Of a stretch of 64,000 bases of DNA, positions 12,780-27,985 are shown in pieces (the first letter of the stretch is position 1; each line of letters opens with the position of its first letter). A program made the position numbers and the translations under genes. The notes under the pieces were generated by a model that was not told where the DNA came from, searched no databases, and saw only the letters and a program-made list of their open reading frames with translations. The stretch is from the human T2T-CHM13v2.0 reference genome, Homo sapiens. The stretch lies in the NCBI RefSeq assembly GCF_009914755.1, contig NC_060926.1, one strand, 5' to 3'.

Positions 12780-13720
12780 GTAAGTTTTCTAAGTTTTCTT
12801 TTCGTCTCCCATATACGCTGGGCTGTGCTGGAATCACCAACAGGCACAGAAAAAATGACAACAAAACAACAACAAAACCCCCAAGAATATCCTGTTCTCT
12901 TTGGCCAAAGTTCAGGAAAGGGGAGCCCCAACAGAGACCCAGTAGGAAGCTCTAGCCCCTGTTTTGTACAACCCAGGGTCCTTGCAGAGAGATTGATCTG
13001 CCAGCAGCGGCATCAGCAGCAATAGTAGCAGCAGCAAAGCCCTGGACAGTCCTGGCCCCCAGTCCACAACTTGGACACAGCACATGGCCTAATTCACCCA
13101 CAGAAGCAGCCACTGTGAAGCCCTGTGTCTCCCCAGACTCCATCCAGTGGCATAAGGAGACCCAGGCCCTGCAGCTTCCTCCCCATCATGGAAGGCTGCC
13201 CATCTACAGAGTTTCCAAACATAATAAGCACTAAGGAAACAACATAACATGATATGCCGAAAAAAAAAATCGCAATTAAATCAAAATGAAACATCAAAAA
13301 ATGTCCAAGTAAACCACAGGAAGGCAAGAAAAAAGAAACAAAAGTGTAATAAACAAAAGGATCAATCAGAGAACAAATAATAATAAAATATCAGACTTAG
13401 TCCTAATATATCAATAATTATCTTAAATGTAAATGTTCTAAATGCATCCATTAAAATGCAGAGATTGGCAGAGTGTATTACAAAACATGACCCAGCTATG
13501 TGTTGTTTACAAGAAACTCACTTCAAATTCAATGATATAGGTAGACTGACAGCAAATTGATGGAAAAAGATATAACGTGTAAACATTAGTCAGAAGGAAG
13601 CACAAGTGGCTATGTTAACATCAGAAAAAGCAGACTTCAGAGCAAAGAAAGTTACTATAGGCAAAGAGGGAAATTACATAATAACAAAAAGAATTAATTC
13701 ACCAAGAAGATGTAGCTCTC
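12610..13720 (+). mobile_element. Ancient L1M: 5' end joined to ORF2 start
   Basis: gacttccagttctggaacaagatgg (old L1 5' start with YY1-like caagatgg); ORF2 endonuclease-region phrases (ttaaatgtaaatg, caagaaactcacttcaaa, gcagacttcagagcaaag). Confidence 0.75.
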
Positions 13721-13721
13721 C

Positions 13722-15033
13722 TGTTGTGATGTTATGATATATGTCGGTTTTCATCCGTGGGTCCTGGCTCATAACTCCCACATCCCGTGTTAGAGTCTTT
13801 TGTTATATTGTTGGGGGTGTTAGGCCTCAGGGACAGGCCTCTGACCTTCTCCTGCCTTCCTTTCACTCTAATGTTCTCCCACCTTTCTGCCTTTCTCATT
13901 GTGGATCTTAAGACCCTCCCATGAGACAGTCCCACCCTATATCCTGGGGGAAGGAATGCTGACATCATGAAGCTTCCATAAAAAGCCAAGAGGACAAGGT
14001 TGTTAAGCTTCCAGATAGCTGAACATGTGGAGGTTCCTGGAGAGTGGTGCACCCAGGGAGGGCATGGAAGCTCCGTGACCCTTTCTCCATACCTCACCCT
14101 AGGCATCTCTTCATCTGTCTCCTTTGCAATATTTTTTAATTATAAACCCGTAAACATAGGTAAGCATTTCTCTGAGTTCTGAGAGCTGCTCCAGCAAATT
14201 AATCAAACACAAAGAGGGGGTCATGGGAACCCCACCTTGAAGCTGGCTAGTCAGAAGTTGTGGAGGCCCAGACTTACAACTGGTGTGTGTATGGGGGCAG
14301 TCTTGGGGGCTGAACCTTCAACCTGTGGGATCTGACTCTATCTCTGGGTAGATAGTGTCAGAACTGCATTGGAGGACACCCAGCTGGTGTCCGCTGCTAT
14401 ATTCTAGCTGATTTTCTCCCTAGTAGTCCTAGTAGTCTTGAGTGTGGGGAGACAGTGGGGGATTGATGCCCCAACCACAATTGTGGATTTCTTCTTTCAG
14501 CTGTCTTAGTTTTTGCTTCAGATATGTGAAAGTCTGTTGTTTGGTTCATAGGTATATAGAGAAAACTCTCCCTAGCTGTGTTTTTCTTCTGCTGTCACAC
14601 CATGACAACATCAACACAGAAGCCTTTCTTCATATCATATAAGGGCACAAAAAAGGAATGACATAAATCATGTTAAGTGCAGTCTATTTTTCCTGAGCTG
14701 TTATCTTTAAGACAAAAGATATTCAACAAATAGAATTTTATTTTTTTGCGGTGTGGGGTATCCACTCTCTGGTTACTTAGGAGAAAACCAGAGGATTATC
14801 TTTATGGTGAGGGAGAGTGTATAGAAGGCAATATTTTTTTTCTTTTATAAAGGCACAGGGCTCTATCTGTTGGTGCAGTGTTCTGACTTTTGTGTTTTTT
14901 CTGGTTAATTTAAAACATCAGCTCCAAGTTTTTAATACAGTAGTTTCCCGTGAGTCACTGGGCCTTTCTTCTGTGTTGATGATTGTGGTGTGACAGTAAA
15001 AGAAAAACACAGTTAGTGAGCATTTTCTCTACA
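13722..15033 (+). mobile_element. MER21-family LTR inserted in the L1, split by a rearrangement (LTR parts 13722-14396 and 14968-15033)
   Basis: TG...CA ends; MER21 phrases ggaggttcctggagagtggtgcacccagggagggcatggaagctcc, ctgagttctgagagctgctccagcaaattaatc and cttctgtgttgatgattgtggtgtga. Confidence 0.75.
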
Positions 15034-15190
15034 TACCTATGAACCAAACAACAGACTTTCACATGTCTGAAGCAAAAACTAAGAAAGCTGAAAGAAGAAA
15101 TCCACAATTGTGGTTGAGGCATCAATCCCTGCTGTCTCCCTGCACTCAGGACTTCTAGGACTACTAGCAAGAAAATCAGCAAGAATATAG
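14397..15190. repeat. Inverted repeat (arms 14397-14622 and 14968-15190) enclosing a duplicated segment
   Basis: The left arm is the reverse complement of the right arm (ccacaattgtggatttcttctttcagct vs agctgaaagaagaaatccacaattgtgg). Near-identical opposite-strand ORFs 14442..14642(+) and 14955..15233(-) confirm it. Confidence 0.95.
14632..14963 (+). repeat. Direct duplicate of 11766-12094
   Basis: Collinear match from atatcatataagg to gtttcccgtgagtcactgggc, including tccactctctggttactta.gagaaaaccagaggattatctt. Confidence 0.95.
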
Positions 15191-16843
15191 AAAAACTCAA
15201 CCACACCATCAACTGACAGGATCTAATTGGCATTCATAGCACAATCTGTCCAACAACAGCAGAATACACATTTTTTTAAAGGTCCCATGAGACATTTACC
15301 AAGATAGAGCATATCCTAGATCATAAAACAAACATTAAAAAGTTCAAGAGAATTGAAATTATACAGACTATGTTACCTGGCCATAATAAAATCAAAGTAG
15401 AAATCAAGGCAGAAAGTCAATAGGCAAATCTCCAAACCCTTGGAAACTAAACAAAAAACATTTAAATAATCCATGCGTCAAAGTGGTAATCTCAAAGGAA
15501 ATTTTAAAAAGACAAGAAAAGAATGAACATGAAAATATGACATGTTAAAATTTGTAAGATTAGCTAAAGCAGTGCTGAGAATAAAATTGATAGGACTAAA
15601 TGCTTACATTAGAAAAGAGGAATGATCTCAAATTACTAATCTAAGTTTCTACTTCAAGAAATTAGAAAAGTTGAGCAAAATAAACTCAAAGGAAGCAGAA
15701 AGGAGGAAATAAAAAAGAGCAGAAACTAATGAACTTGAAAACTGGAAAAAGAAAAAATGAAACAGAAAGTTGTCTCTTTAAAAGAATTAATAAGATTAAT
15801 AACTTTTAGCAAGAATGGCAAATATAAAAAGAGAGAAGACATGAATCACCAACATCAGAAATGAAATAGGGGACACCACAATAGATGTCTTTAGCTATAA
15901 AAAGATAATTTAAAAACTGTAATCAACTTTATGCTCATATATTCAACAAGTTTGAAGAAATGGGCTAATTCCTCAAAAACCACAAAGTACTAAAACTTAG
16001 CCAAGGTGAAACAGATAATCTGAATAGCTGTGTAGATATTTCTAAGAATTGGATTTATAATAAAAATACTCCCCAAAAAGAAATCTCCAGGTCCGGAGGG
16101 TTTCATCCAAGAATTTTACCAAACATTCAAATAAAAATTAATGCCAATTCTATGTGTATCTTCCAGAAAATAGGAGAGAAGAGAAAATTAGGAAGTTCCC
16201 AATTCTCTTTATGAAGCCGTCATTACTCTGATACCCAAACCAGCTAAAGAAAGTATGCAAAAAGAAAGCTACAGATCAATATCTCTCATGAACTTTGGAT
16301 GTAAAAATCACCAAATGTAATTAATCAAAATCCAACAATGTATAAAAAGACTAAAACATCAAGACCAAGTGAAATTTATGCCAGGTAGACAAAGCTGATT
16401 CAATATTTGAAAAGAAATTAATAAAATTTATCATAGCAACAGGCTAAAGAAGAGAAACCATGTAATCATAGCAGTTGGCATCAAAAAATTATTTAACAAA
16501 ATTCAACACCCATTAATGATGAAAATATAAAATCCTCTCAAATACACTAGGAATAGAGGGAGACTTCCTCAACCTCATAAAGAACATCTATTAAAAAACT
16601 ACATCAGACATTGTATTTCATGATAAAGACAGAATACATTGCCTTATACAATCCAAAACAAGGCAAAGATTTCTACTTTCATCAGTCTTATTAAACACAG
16701 TACTAGAAGTTCTAGCCACTGCAATAAGGCAGGAAAAGGGAATAAAGGCCATGCTCATTGGAAAATAAGAAATGAAACTGTCTCCTTTTTTAGGCAGCAT
16801 GATTATTTAAATAGAAAATCCCCAAAAAAATCTATGAAAAATA
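15034..16843 (+). mobile_element. L1M ORF2 fragment (continuation of the 12610 element)
   Basis: A-rich strand with L1 ORF2 phrases (caacaacagcagaatacacatt, ccaaaccagctaaag, aaattcaacacccatt, tactagaagttctagcca); many stop codons. Confidence 0.9.
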
Positions 16844-16959
16844 GGTTGTCCTCCTTCTGTTGGCTACATTGATCAGGCAAGTGCTGCTAGTTGTTCTTAG
16901 GGGTTCTGCTTAAGTGCTGCAGGAGATGGCAGCACAGAAGCTGAGGCACAGCTTGGGCA

Positions 16960-17800
16960 TGGTAGACCAGGGGGACACCCAACTCCATTACTCCCTAGCT
17001 CTATGCCACTGAACACCTTCCTTGATCCAGCTGAACTTTGGTCCCCTCATCTGCAATGGTGTTGATGATAGAACCCAGAGGCCATAATTCTTGTGAGTAT
17101 TAAATGAGAGCAAGTGTGTAGTAAATGTGTCATTGTACTTGCTGCGGGTACTGCTGCTGTTGCTGCAGTTGTATGTGATACTGTGCTATTTGTTCTGCCA
17201 CTCCCAGGCACTGCCACTGGAGCCCTTGTTCAGTGATCCTATGACTTGTCAGCTCAGTCAATTGCTCTGACTCTTACTGCTTTCATTTATGAAATGGAGA
17301 CAATAACCCCTCTCTCATAGGAAGGGTAAGACCAGAAGAGCCTACACTATGGTTGGAATAATATTTGTATACAGTGATCAAGAGAATGTTCTCTGAAACC
17401 AGACTCTCTTTAAATCTTACCTCTATCACTTATTAGTTATATGGCTAGCTGTTAAATGAGGTCAAAAGAGTGTGTTCTTCATAAAACTATACAGAAGATT
17501 AAATTAATTAAAACATGTACAGTCCTTTTAAAAAAGATCAAGTGAAACAGTATACATGAAAGTGCTTTCAGCACGCTGAGAATAACAATAGCAATGGCTA
17601 GAGATTATGGAGCACACCCCACTGCCAGCACCAGGGGAACTTTGTACCTACAACTTTTTACTTAGTCCACATAACCATGAATTCGTCTCATTTATGTAGA
17701 CCAGGAAACAAAAGCCTAGAGAAGTAATTTGCCCAAAGACCTAGCTTACAAAGCAATAGAATCCAGGTCTGGACTCTCGGGATCTGACTGTGTTCTAATG
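16960..17800. mobile_element. Cluster of MIR fragments in both orientations
   Basis: ctcatctgcaatgg...gtgagtattaaatgaga; tttcatttatgaaatggagacaataac; minus-strand ggaaacaaaagcctagagaagtaatttgcccaaag. Confidence 0.6.
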
Positions 17801-18785
17801 CCTCCCAGAGAAAGTAGGCTAGAGAGGGCAGGAATAGCTTGACTTAGAGATCACTTCCACTGGCACGGTGGGTACAATCTGATGTGGGAGGCTCTGGGTG
17901 CAGCCTGTGATGGCAGAGTGGAGGAGCCAAGAGTCATTCTTGGCCTCATTGTCACTGCCTTCAAACTAACAAGTTGCCTGAGAGCTAAGGTTCCATTTGA
18001 TAGGACACCGGGTGGGATGTGCATCAGAATATCCATTTCCTTGAAGGATCCAATGATTAGGCTGAGGCAAAATGTTTTAGACCATTCCCAGGTCTAAAAA
18101 TAACTCCATCATCACCTCTAATAAGGACTCAGTCTGGAGTGACATCACTCCTTCAGGTGCAGAAAAGGAAAGCATGACTGTGTGTCACTGACTTAAAATA
18201 GGAGTGAGGTGAGAGGGGCAGCTGGGCTCATGGACGTCAAGTGGACAGTTTCTCAGCTGGTATTTCCTATATTTCCTGTTTTGGACAGCAGGTTCCTGCC
18301 CTTCTAAGCTGGGGGTAGGGGTGAGGGAGTGTATGTTAAAAAGCTCTGTGGACTTGCTTTTTCTCTTCTCCATGTGTGTTCTTTCCATCAATAATCTGCG
18401 TTCATCTTTACTGGCTGTTCATGCATTATCTGGAGATACGCTAGTTACAGAAATTCAAACAGGCAACTCTTCCTCTTTCTCCCTAGCTTTACACTACAGA
18501 TCCATGAAGTTTTCTTGACTGTCCCTGCCTAGGGTACAACAAGGAAACCACTATTTGGATAATTCCCCTGATTCCATGGTACTGTGGAAGTGGTGGGCTC
18601 TCCATATGTCAGGGTATTCTATGTCTATGAAAAGGTATTTCTTTTGAGACCAAGGGTGGACGGGAGTCTAAGAGTCTACCAATTTTTAAAATAATTTAGC
18701 TATATTTAGGTCAATAAATTGTATTCAAGGCTGACTTTGTAGTGATTTATTCCATGAATTATTTCATTCAAAATAATTTTGAAAG

Positions 18786-21790
<3,005 letters not shown>

Positions 21791-22964
21791 CTGAAAAGAA
21801 CATACTTGGGTTTGCAGAGTTGAAAACACCCGCAACATCTTCATTGCCTCACAAAGACTATTTTACATGATGTTTAAAAACTTTAGAAGCTAAAATGCTG
21901 TTCTTTCATTCTGAGCTGATTACAGATTACAGATTAGTAAGAAAGTAAGTGGGCTACTTGTTTAAAGATGGTCTATGTTAAGTACCCTGATATCTTCTTT
22001 TGAAAGAGAGGTCAGTCTTCCTTTCAGCAGAGCATTCTGTTCACCTGCCTGCCCACCTACCTCATGGACCTTACAGAGCTTGGTTACCCTGACTCTAGGC
22101 CTCTCAGCTCTTGTAGTGATCCTCCCAGCTGCTCTATTCTGATGCCATGACCCTGTCTGGAGACTAGAGAGGCTAGGCCACATTCAGCTCTTCCTTGTCA
22201 CTGTACAACTCACCTGGTGACTTGGTTGCTTTTTTTTTTTTTTTTTTTAATTCCATGCCGATGTACCCTGACATGGAGAACTAAAGACAGAATTATTTAG
22301 GGATTTCCTCTCTCTCATTCTGAAAACGTATAAATAGCCTTTGCTGAGTTACTTTGTTAAAATAACCCTGACATTTTTTTAAATGAGCAAAGGGGCTCTA
22401 ACATGGAAGGTAGATATACTGAAGGAAAGAGCCCTTAAAGACAAAGGGCTAGTTTATTTCATTATGAGATGTCCAGGGCTTTCCAGTCCCTTAATTCTAT
22501 CAATGAACCGAGTGAGAGGTAACAATGAGCTGTACATTTTTTACAAAACCTCTCTGCGTAGTCCCAGTAGTAGGTTGCTGAAATTATGTTAAAGTCAGGT
22601 GGGGACTTCTAGAATACCCACTGTAACCCTCTTGTTTGGATGACATTGAGGCCAGGGAGGGGAAAAGAACTTGCAAGTTGAGCAGTAATAACACAGATCC
22701 CACAGGACAGCTGGCAGTGACCCCACAACAGGGATTTGAAAACAAAGTAAGGTCTTGTTGTTCCCTTGGTTCCTCTTCTTTACTTCCTACTATCAAAGTC
22801 AGGTTCTAGAAACTTCCCTAGGAGGCGGCAAGAGGCAGTCTCTGCCTCCTCCCAGTAGCAAATTGGCCACAGGAAGTCCTCATTTGGGATGGACTGGAGG
22901 AGAGAGGCAGCTGTGTGGAAAGGGCAAACCTTGAAAACACCCAAGTCCTTGATTGGGCTTGCAG

Positions 22965-23450
22965 AAGGATGTGGCAAAGAGTAAAGATCTTGAGTTCTGG
23001 AGGCACAACTCATAGGTTCGAATCTTTTTTTTTTTTGAAATGGAGTCTGGCTTTGTCGCCCAGGCTGGAGTGCAGTGGCACGACCTTGGCTCACTACAAG
23101 CTCCGCCTCCCAGGTTCATGCCATTCTCCTGCCTCAACCTCCCAAGTAGCTGGGACTACAGCGCCACTACGCCCAGCTAATTTTTTGTATTTTTTAGTAG
23201 AGACGGGATTTCACTGTGTTAGCCAGGATGGTCTCAATCTCCTGACCTCATGATCTGCCCGCCTCGGCCTCCCAGAGTGCAGGGATTACAGGCACAAGCC
23301 ACCGCACACAGCCCGTAAGTTCAAATCTTACCTGTACCTCTTAACCTCTCAGGGCCTCAGTGTCCTCTACTTGTGAAGTAGGGATAACAGTCATATTCAC
23401 TTCCTGGTTTTGCTGTGCAAAATGAATAGCATGTGATGCTGAGGCACTGT
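22965..23450 (+). mobile_element. MIR split by AluY
   Basis: MIR 5' part (ggttcgaatct) and 3' part (ttaacctctcagggcctcagt) flank the Alu. Confidence 0.6.
23025..23314 (-). mobile_element. AluY-type element
   Basis: Diagnostic aagctccgcctcccaggttcatgccattctcctgcc and ttagccaggatggtctc; TSD taggttcgaatct / taagttcaaatct. Confidence 0.9.
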
Positions 23451-23919
23451 AAGTCGTGAGGGCAGATGATCACCCGCTTTAGGAGCCATTCTTCCAAAAT
23501 CTTAAGTGAGTGAAAAAGAAGCAGAGATAGCTTTTTGTATTTGCGCATGGAGGCAGAGTTCATCTGTTGCCTGAGCTAACAGTATACTATTCAGCCCCTA
23601 GTGAAACACTGGCCCCAGGGCAGGACCAACTAACTAGGTAGGGCAGTGATGAAAAAGGGAGAGTCTTCTCAGTGGAGTCTGGTCTGGGTAGAGATGTCAA
23701 AGGCAAACCATCACCTCCTTGACTTGTTGGCTCTAGGTGATGATGCTAACCTGACCTGGAGGGATAGCCCTTCTATGGGGTGGGCAGGGGCAGCCAGAGG
23801 TGTTCTGAAAACCAGAGAAGTCTCCTCACTGGGAAACATTTATTCCTGGGATCTGTCAGTTGATGGCAGAAATGTTCATTGTTAAAGAGCCATTTCTTTG
23901 GCTTATTAATTGGTCCTCT

Positions 23920-25135
23920 GTTAGCCAGTCAACAATACTGTACCCAGCACAGATATCCTTGAGAAATGAAGGAGAAATAAAGTCTTTCCTAGATAAGCAA
24001 AAACTGATGGAATTTATCATCACTAGACTGACCCTACAATAAATGCTTAAGAGAGTCCTACATCTGGAAGCAAAAGGGCTATATTCACCATCATGAAAAC
24101 CCAAAAGTATAAAACTCATTGGTAAAGCAGACACACAAATAAGAAAGAGAATGGAACCACATGTTATCATTACAGAAAACCACCAAACTGCAAAGATAAA
24201 CAAAGGAAAGAAAGAAAGAAAGGAAGGAAGAAAGGAAGGAAGAAAAAGGATTATTTAAAATTATCAGAAAACAATTAAAATGACAGGAATAAGACCTCAC
24301 CTATCAATAACAACTTTTTTAAATGGCTTAAATTTCCCAGTTAAAAGATATAGACTGGCTGAATGGATTTTAAAAGTGATCTAACTCTATGCTACCTACA
24401 AGAAACTAATTTCACCTGTGGAGACACACATAGACAGAAACTGAAGGGATGAAAAAAGATATTGCATGGAAAAAAAAAAAACCAAAAGTGTGCAGGAGTA
24501 GCAATACTTACAGCAGACAAAATAGATTTTAAGTCATAGAACATAGAGAAAAAGAGGTAATTATATAATGATAAAGGGATCATTTGAGTAAGAGGATAAA
24601 ACAATTATAAATATACATATACTCAACACTGGAGCACCCAGATATAAAAAGAAAATATAATTAGAGCTAAAGAGAGATAGATGCTTATACAATCATTGTT
24701 TGGGACTTTAAAACTCAATTTTCAGCTTTGGAGAGATCATCTAGACAGAAAATCAACAAGGAAACATTAGACTTATACTGCACTAGAGACTAAATGAAGC
24801 TCATAGACATTTACAGAACATTTCATCCAGTAGCTGCAGAATCACATGCTTCCCTCTTCAGTACATGAAACATTCTCTAAGATAGACCATATGTTAGGCC
24901 ACAAAACAAGCCTCAACAAATTTTTAATAATTGAAATCATATCAAATATGTTCTCAGACCACAATCGAATAAAACCAGAAATCGATGACAAAAGGAACTT
25001 TGAAAACTGTACAAATCCATGGAAATTAAACAACGTGCTCCTGAATGGTCAATGGGTGAATGAAGAAATTAAGAAGGAGGTCAAAAAAGTTCTCAAAACA
25101 AGTGAAAATAGAGCTGCAACATACCAAAACCACCA
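23920..25135 (+). mobile_element. L1MA-like ORF1 end / ORF2 start
   Basis: ILYPAQISLRNEGEIKSFLDKQKLMEFIITR (ORF1 C-terminus) and HETFSKIDHMLGHKTSLNKF (ORF2 endonuclease end) in the ORF track. Confidence 0.92.
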
Positions 25136-25139
25136 GCAT

Positions 25140-25350
25140 TTTTTTTTTTTAGCAATAATCTATTTTTAAATCAGGTGTGTATATTTTTTAGACATAATGC
25201 TATTACATGCTTATGGGCTACAGTATGGTATAAGCATAACTTTTATAGTCACTAGGAAACCAAAAAGTTTATGTGACTCACTTTATTGCAATATTCACTT
25301 TATTGCAGTGGTGTGGAACCAAACTGGCAATATCTCAGAGGTATGCCTAT
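25140..25350 (+). mobile_element. Tigger1 3' terminal fragment
   Basis: gtgactcactttattgcaatattcactttattgcagtggtgtggaaccaaac...tctcagaggtatgcct followed by TA matches the Tigger1 end/TIR. Confidence 0.85.
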
Positions 25351-25556
25351 AGTTAACAAGAATATATTGCATATGTTCACAAAGCTGGAAGAGAAGATTT
25401 TGAATATTCTCAGCATGAAAAAATGATATATCTTTAGGTGATGTATTTCCTAATTATCCTGATTTGATCATTATATGCATGTACTGAAATATCACTCTGT
25501 GCACCATAAATATGCGCAATTATTTTGTGTCAACTAAAAATAAAAGGAAAAATAAA
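25351..25556 (+). mobile_element. L1MA 3' end
   Basis: gaagattttgaatattctc...ggtgatgtatttcctaattatcctgatttgatcatt...ccataaatatg followed by an A-rich tail. Confidence 0.85.
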
Positions 25557-25769
25557 AGGCAGAGCCCTCTGGGAGGAGAAGACTAATTAGGCTTAGTGAT
25601 TGCTAATTCTGGGAGCTGCATGCAAGCAGGTTTTAAAGAAGGCAGAAAACTTAAGGATGTGGATGTAAAAGGAAGTTACAATGACAACACAATTTACAGA
25701 AATCACTCAGTCACCTGGAGGACTCCAATTTCAAATGTGCCATGCTTGGATATTTGCTTACATTTTGTG

Positions 25770-25900
25770 CAATGACTTTTCTGCCATCTCCTGTGAACCT
25801 CTGAGCAATCCTGTAAAGCAGGGATCATGCCCATTTTCCAGATGAGGAAACAGAGTGCCCATGCCCTGCCCATGGTTCCAGAATGCAGAACAGTCATCCT
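25770..25900 (-). mobile_element. MIR fragment
   Basis: cccattttccagatgaggaaacagag. Confidence 0.75.
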
Positions 25901-26329
25901 TGGGAGATGGGGGTGTCTGGTCCGAGTACCTCCAGTCTCACCTCTGCTTTGTGTCGCAGGTGGGGAGGGGTCGCTGAAGACAAAGGCTCCTTGTGGCTAT
26001 AGGAAGGGTCTGCCCACCAGGAGAGGTGGGAGGGGAGGAGTCTTATTCAGGCTGCCAAGGTTAAGCCTGGTTAACCACTTAGACCCAGAGTTAACTAGCA
26101 AGGGGCACAGGTACCTGCCTCAGAACATTTGTCTCTGCCTGGAGTGTTTGACTAGAGGTCCTGAGAGCCTGGACCCTCCGACCCTCAGGTCTCAGCTGCC
26201 ACATTCCCAAAGGTCATGATCATCCTAGACCACTCAGGTGCTCTTTGTTCTTCACCCTACTTAATTTTTGTTAGGAGTGCTTCTGATGGCTTCTGGTCCA
26301 TAGCCTGCCTCTGTCTCTGCCCTGCCAAC

Positions 26330-26440
26330 TCCGTGCTCTGTCTCAACGTTGCACCTGAAACTGTGCCTGCCATGGGGTGGGTATTCAGTAGCCAACTGAT
26401 GAATCAATCAATGAATAAATGAGCAGATAAATGAATGGGC
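26330..26440 (+). mobile_element. L2 3' end
   Basis: gtgcctgccat...tgatgaatcaatcaatgaataaatga, an L2-type tail. Confidence 0.6.
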
Positions 26441-26829
26441 AGGAAAGCTCCTCCTGTCACTCTCTACACTAACATGTAGGAAGTGTTGGAGGGACACACA
26501 TTAGTGGATGTCGGTCACTTAGTCCTGATAAAACAGAGTAGATGGTTTTCTTAGTAGGAGATCTTGAGGGCTCTTCTGTGAAGCCTCTTGTGGAACCAGT
26601 GAAGTACCTGAAAGGCAAGGATTGGGCAAATCAATTCCTTCTGGTTGTGGAGGAGAAGCCCTTCTAGGGTTGATGTTAATGCTGCATTTTAATGAAAGTG
26701 ACTTTTCAGGCTTATAACTGGATGACATCAGCTATATTTCTGCTTTTGCTTCTAGAATTTAGTGTGATTCTATTTTAAGAGACTAAGAAGAAAAAGCAAT
26801 TTTTAGACTCTCATAAGAATACTAGCAAC

Positions 26830-26990
26830 AATGGCAATAGCTAATGTCTCTGCAGCACTTAGAAAAGACTGTGCCCCCTGCCAAGAGCTTGACCTGGGCT
26901 ACCTCGTTGAATCCTTCCAACACACAGCCCCTTGTGTAGATGAGAAAACTAAGGCCTGAGCCAGCTGGCCACTCATCCGTCACAGCCTCC
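26830..26990 (-). mobile_element. MIR fragment
   Basis: gtagatgagaaaactaaggc. Confidence 0.6.
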
Positions 26991-27859
26991 TTTCCTTTCC
27001 AGTGTTGGGGACAGCTCACAGTGGGCTGTAGGATGCCACTGGGCATCAGCCTGGCAAGGTAGCAGGTCATCTCATTTTTCTTTTTTCTGGAGGGTGAGGT
27101 TATCCTGCAAAATGGAGGTCATGGGGCCTCCTGCCCTGGAATTTCTGCCTCATCCCTGACATCTTGGATGTTATCCCAGGCTGCTCTGGTCCAGTTCTGG
27201 CTTCATTTTCTCAACATATCAGATGCAAGAGAGGCCTGGCCTGCTAGCTCCTGTCTCCCTGCTCTGCTGCATTCCCTCCCCATGCGGTGCAGGTACTGAC
27301 TCGTTCTCAAAACTGTCAGATGGGCTGCCACCTACCTGGGAGTTTCATGACGTGTCCTGGGATCCTACTACGCCAGAGGCTCAATGCCTGGCAGAGTGAA
27401 CACTTAGTAAGCTGCAGTTGCCCTGAAATATTTTCCTGTTGCTGATTCATTTCCTCATCTGTGGATACCATATTCCAAACTTGCTGTGCCACCCTCTGAA
27501 GGGGCAAGTTCTTTCCTAGGAGTAGATACCAAGAGAGAGGAAGCCCATGTCATGGGGACAACCACACAGGCCAAACACAGGTGTCACTGCCTGCAGGGAC
27601 AGCCTGCAGGCATCAGGCCTCCCAGGAGATAGCAGGCAGGACAGGACCATTTCAGACTCATTTCAGCAGTGTGTGGACAGAACCCCACTGAGAAATGCAA
27701 GCATGAGACCTGGAGTCTATTCCTGTCTTGTCCTGGGGTTCCTTCCACTGGATGCTCATCAGGGGAAATCCTCCCTCTGGATGCTGATGTGGGGAAAATG
27801 GCCAACTAGTTTTAACCTTAAACTCATCCAAAACTTATTTTCTCTCCACTTGAGATAGT

Positions 27860-27985
27860 TGTCAGGAGATCTGAGTTCTCACCTTCCTTCTGCTCTTCCC
27901 TTGTATGTGACCTTAGGCAAGTTGCTTAATCCCTCTGAGACTCAGTTTCCTCTCTTGTAGCTGCAGGATGATGGCTGGGCTCTAT
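27860..27985 (+). mobile_element. MIR fragment
   Basis: tgtgaccttaggcaagttgcttaatccctctgagactcagtttcctc. Confidence 0.8.

Noticed and set aside
24846-25169. ORF with clear L1 ORF2 similarity
   Set aside because: Short decayed L1 fragment, not an intact gene or active element.
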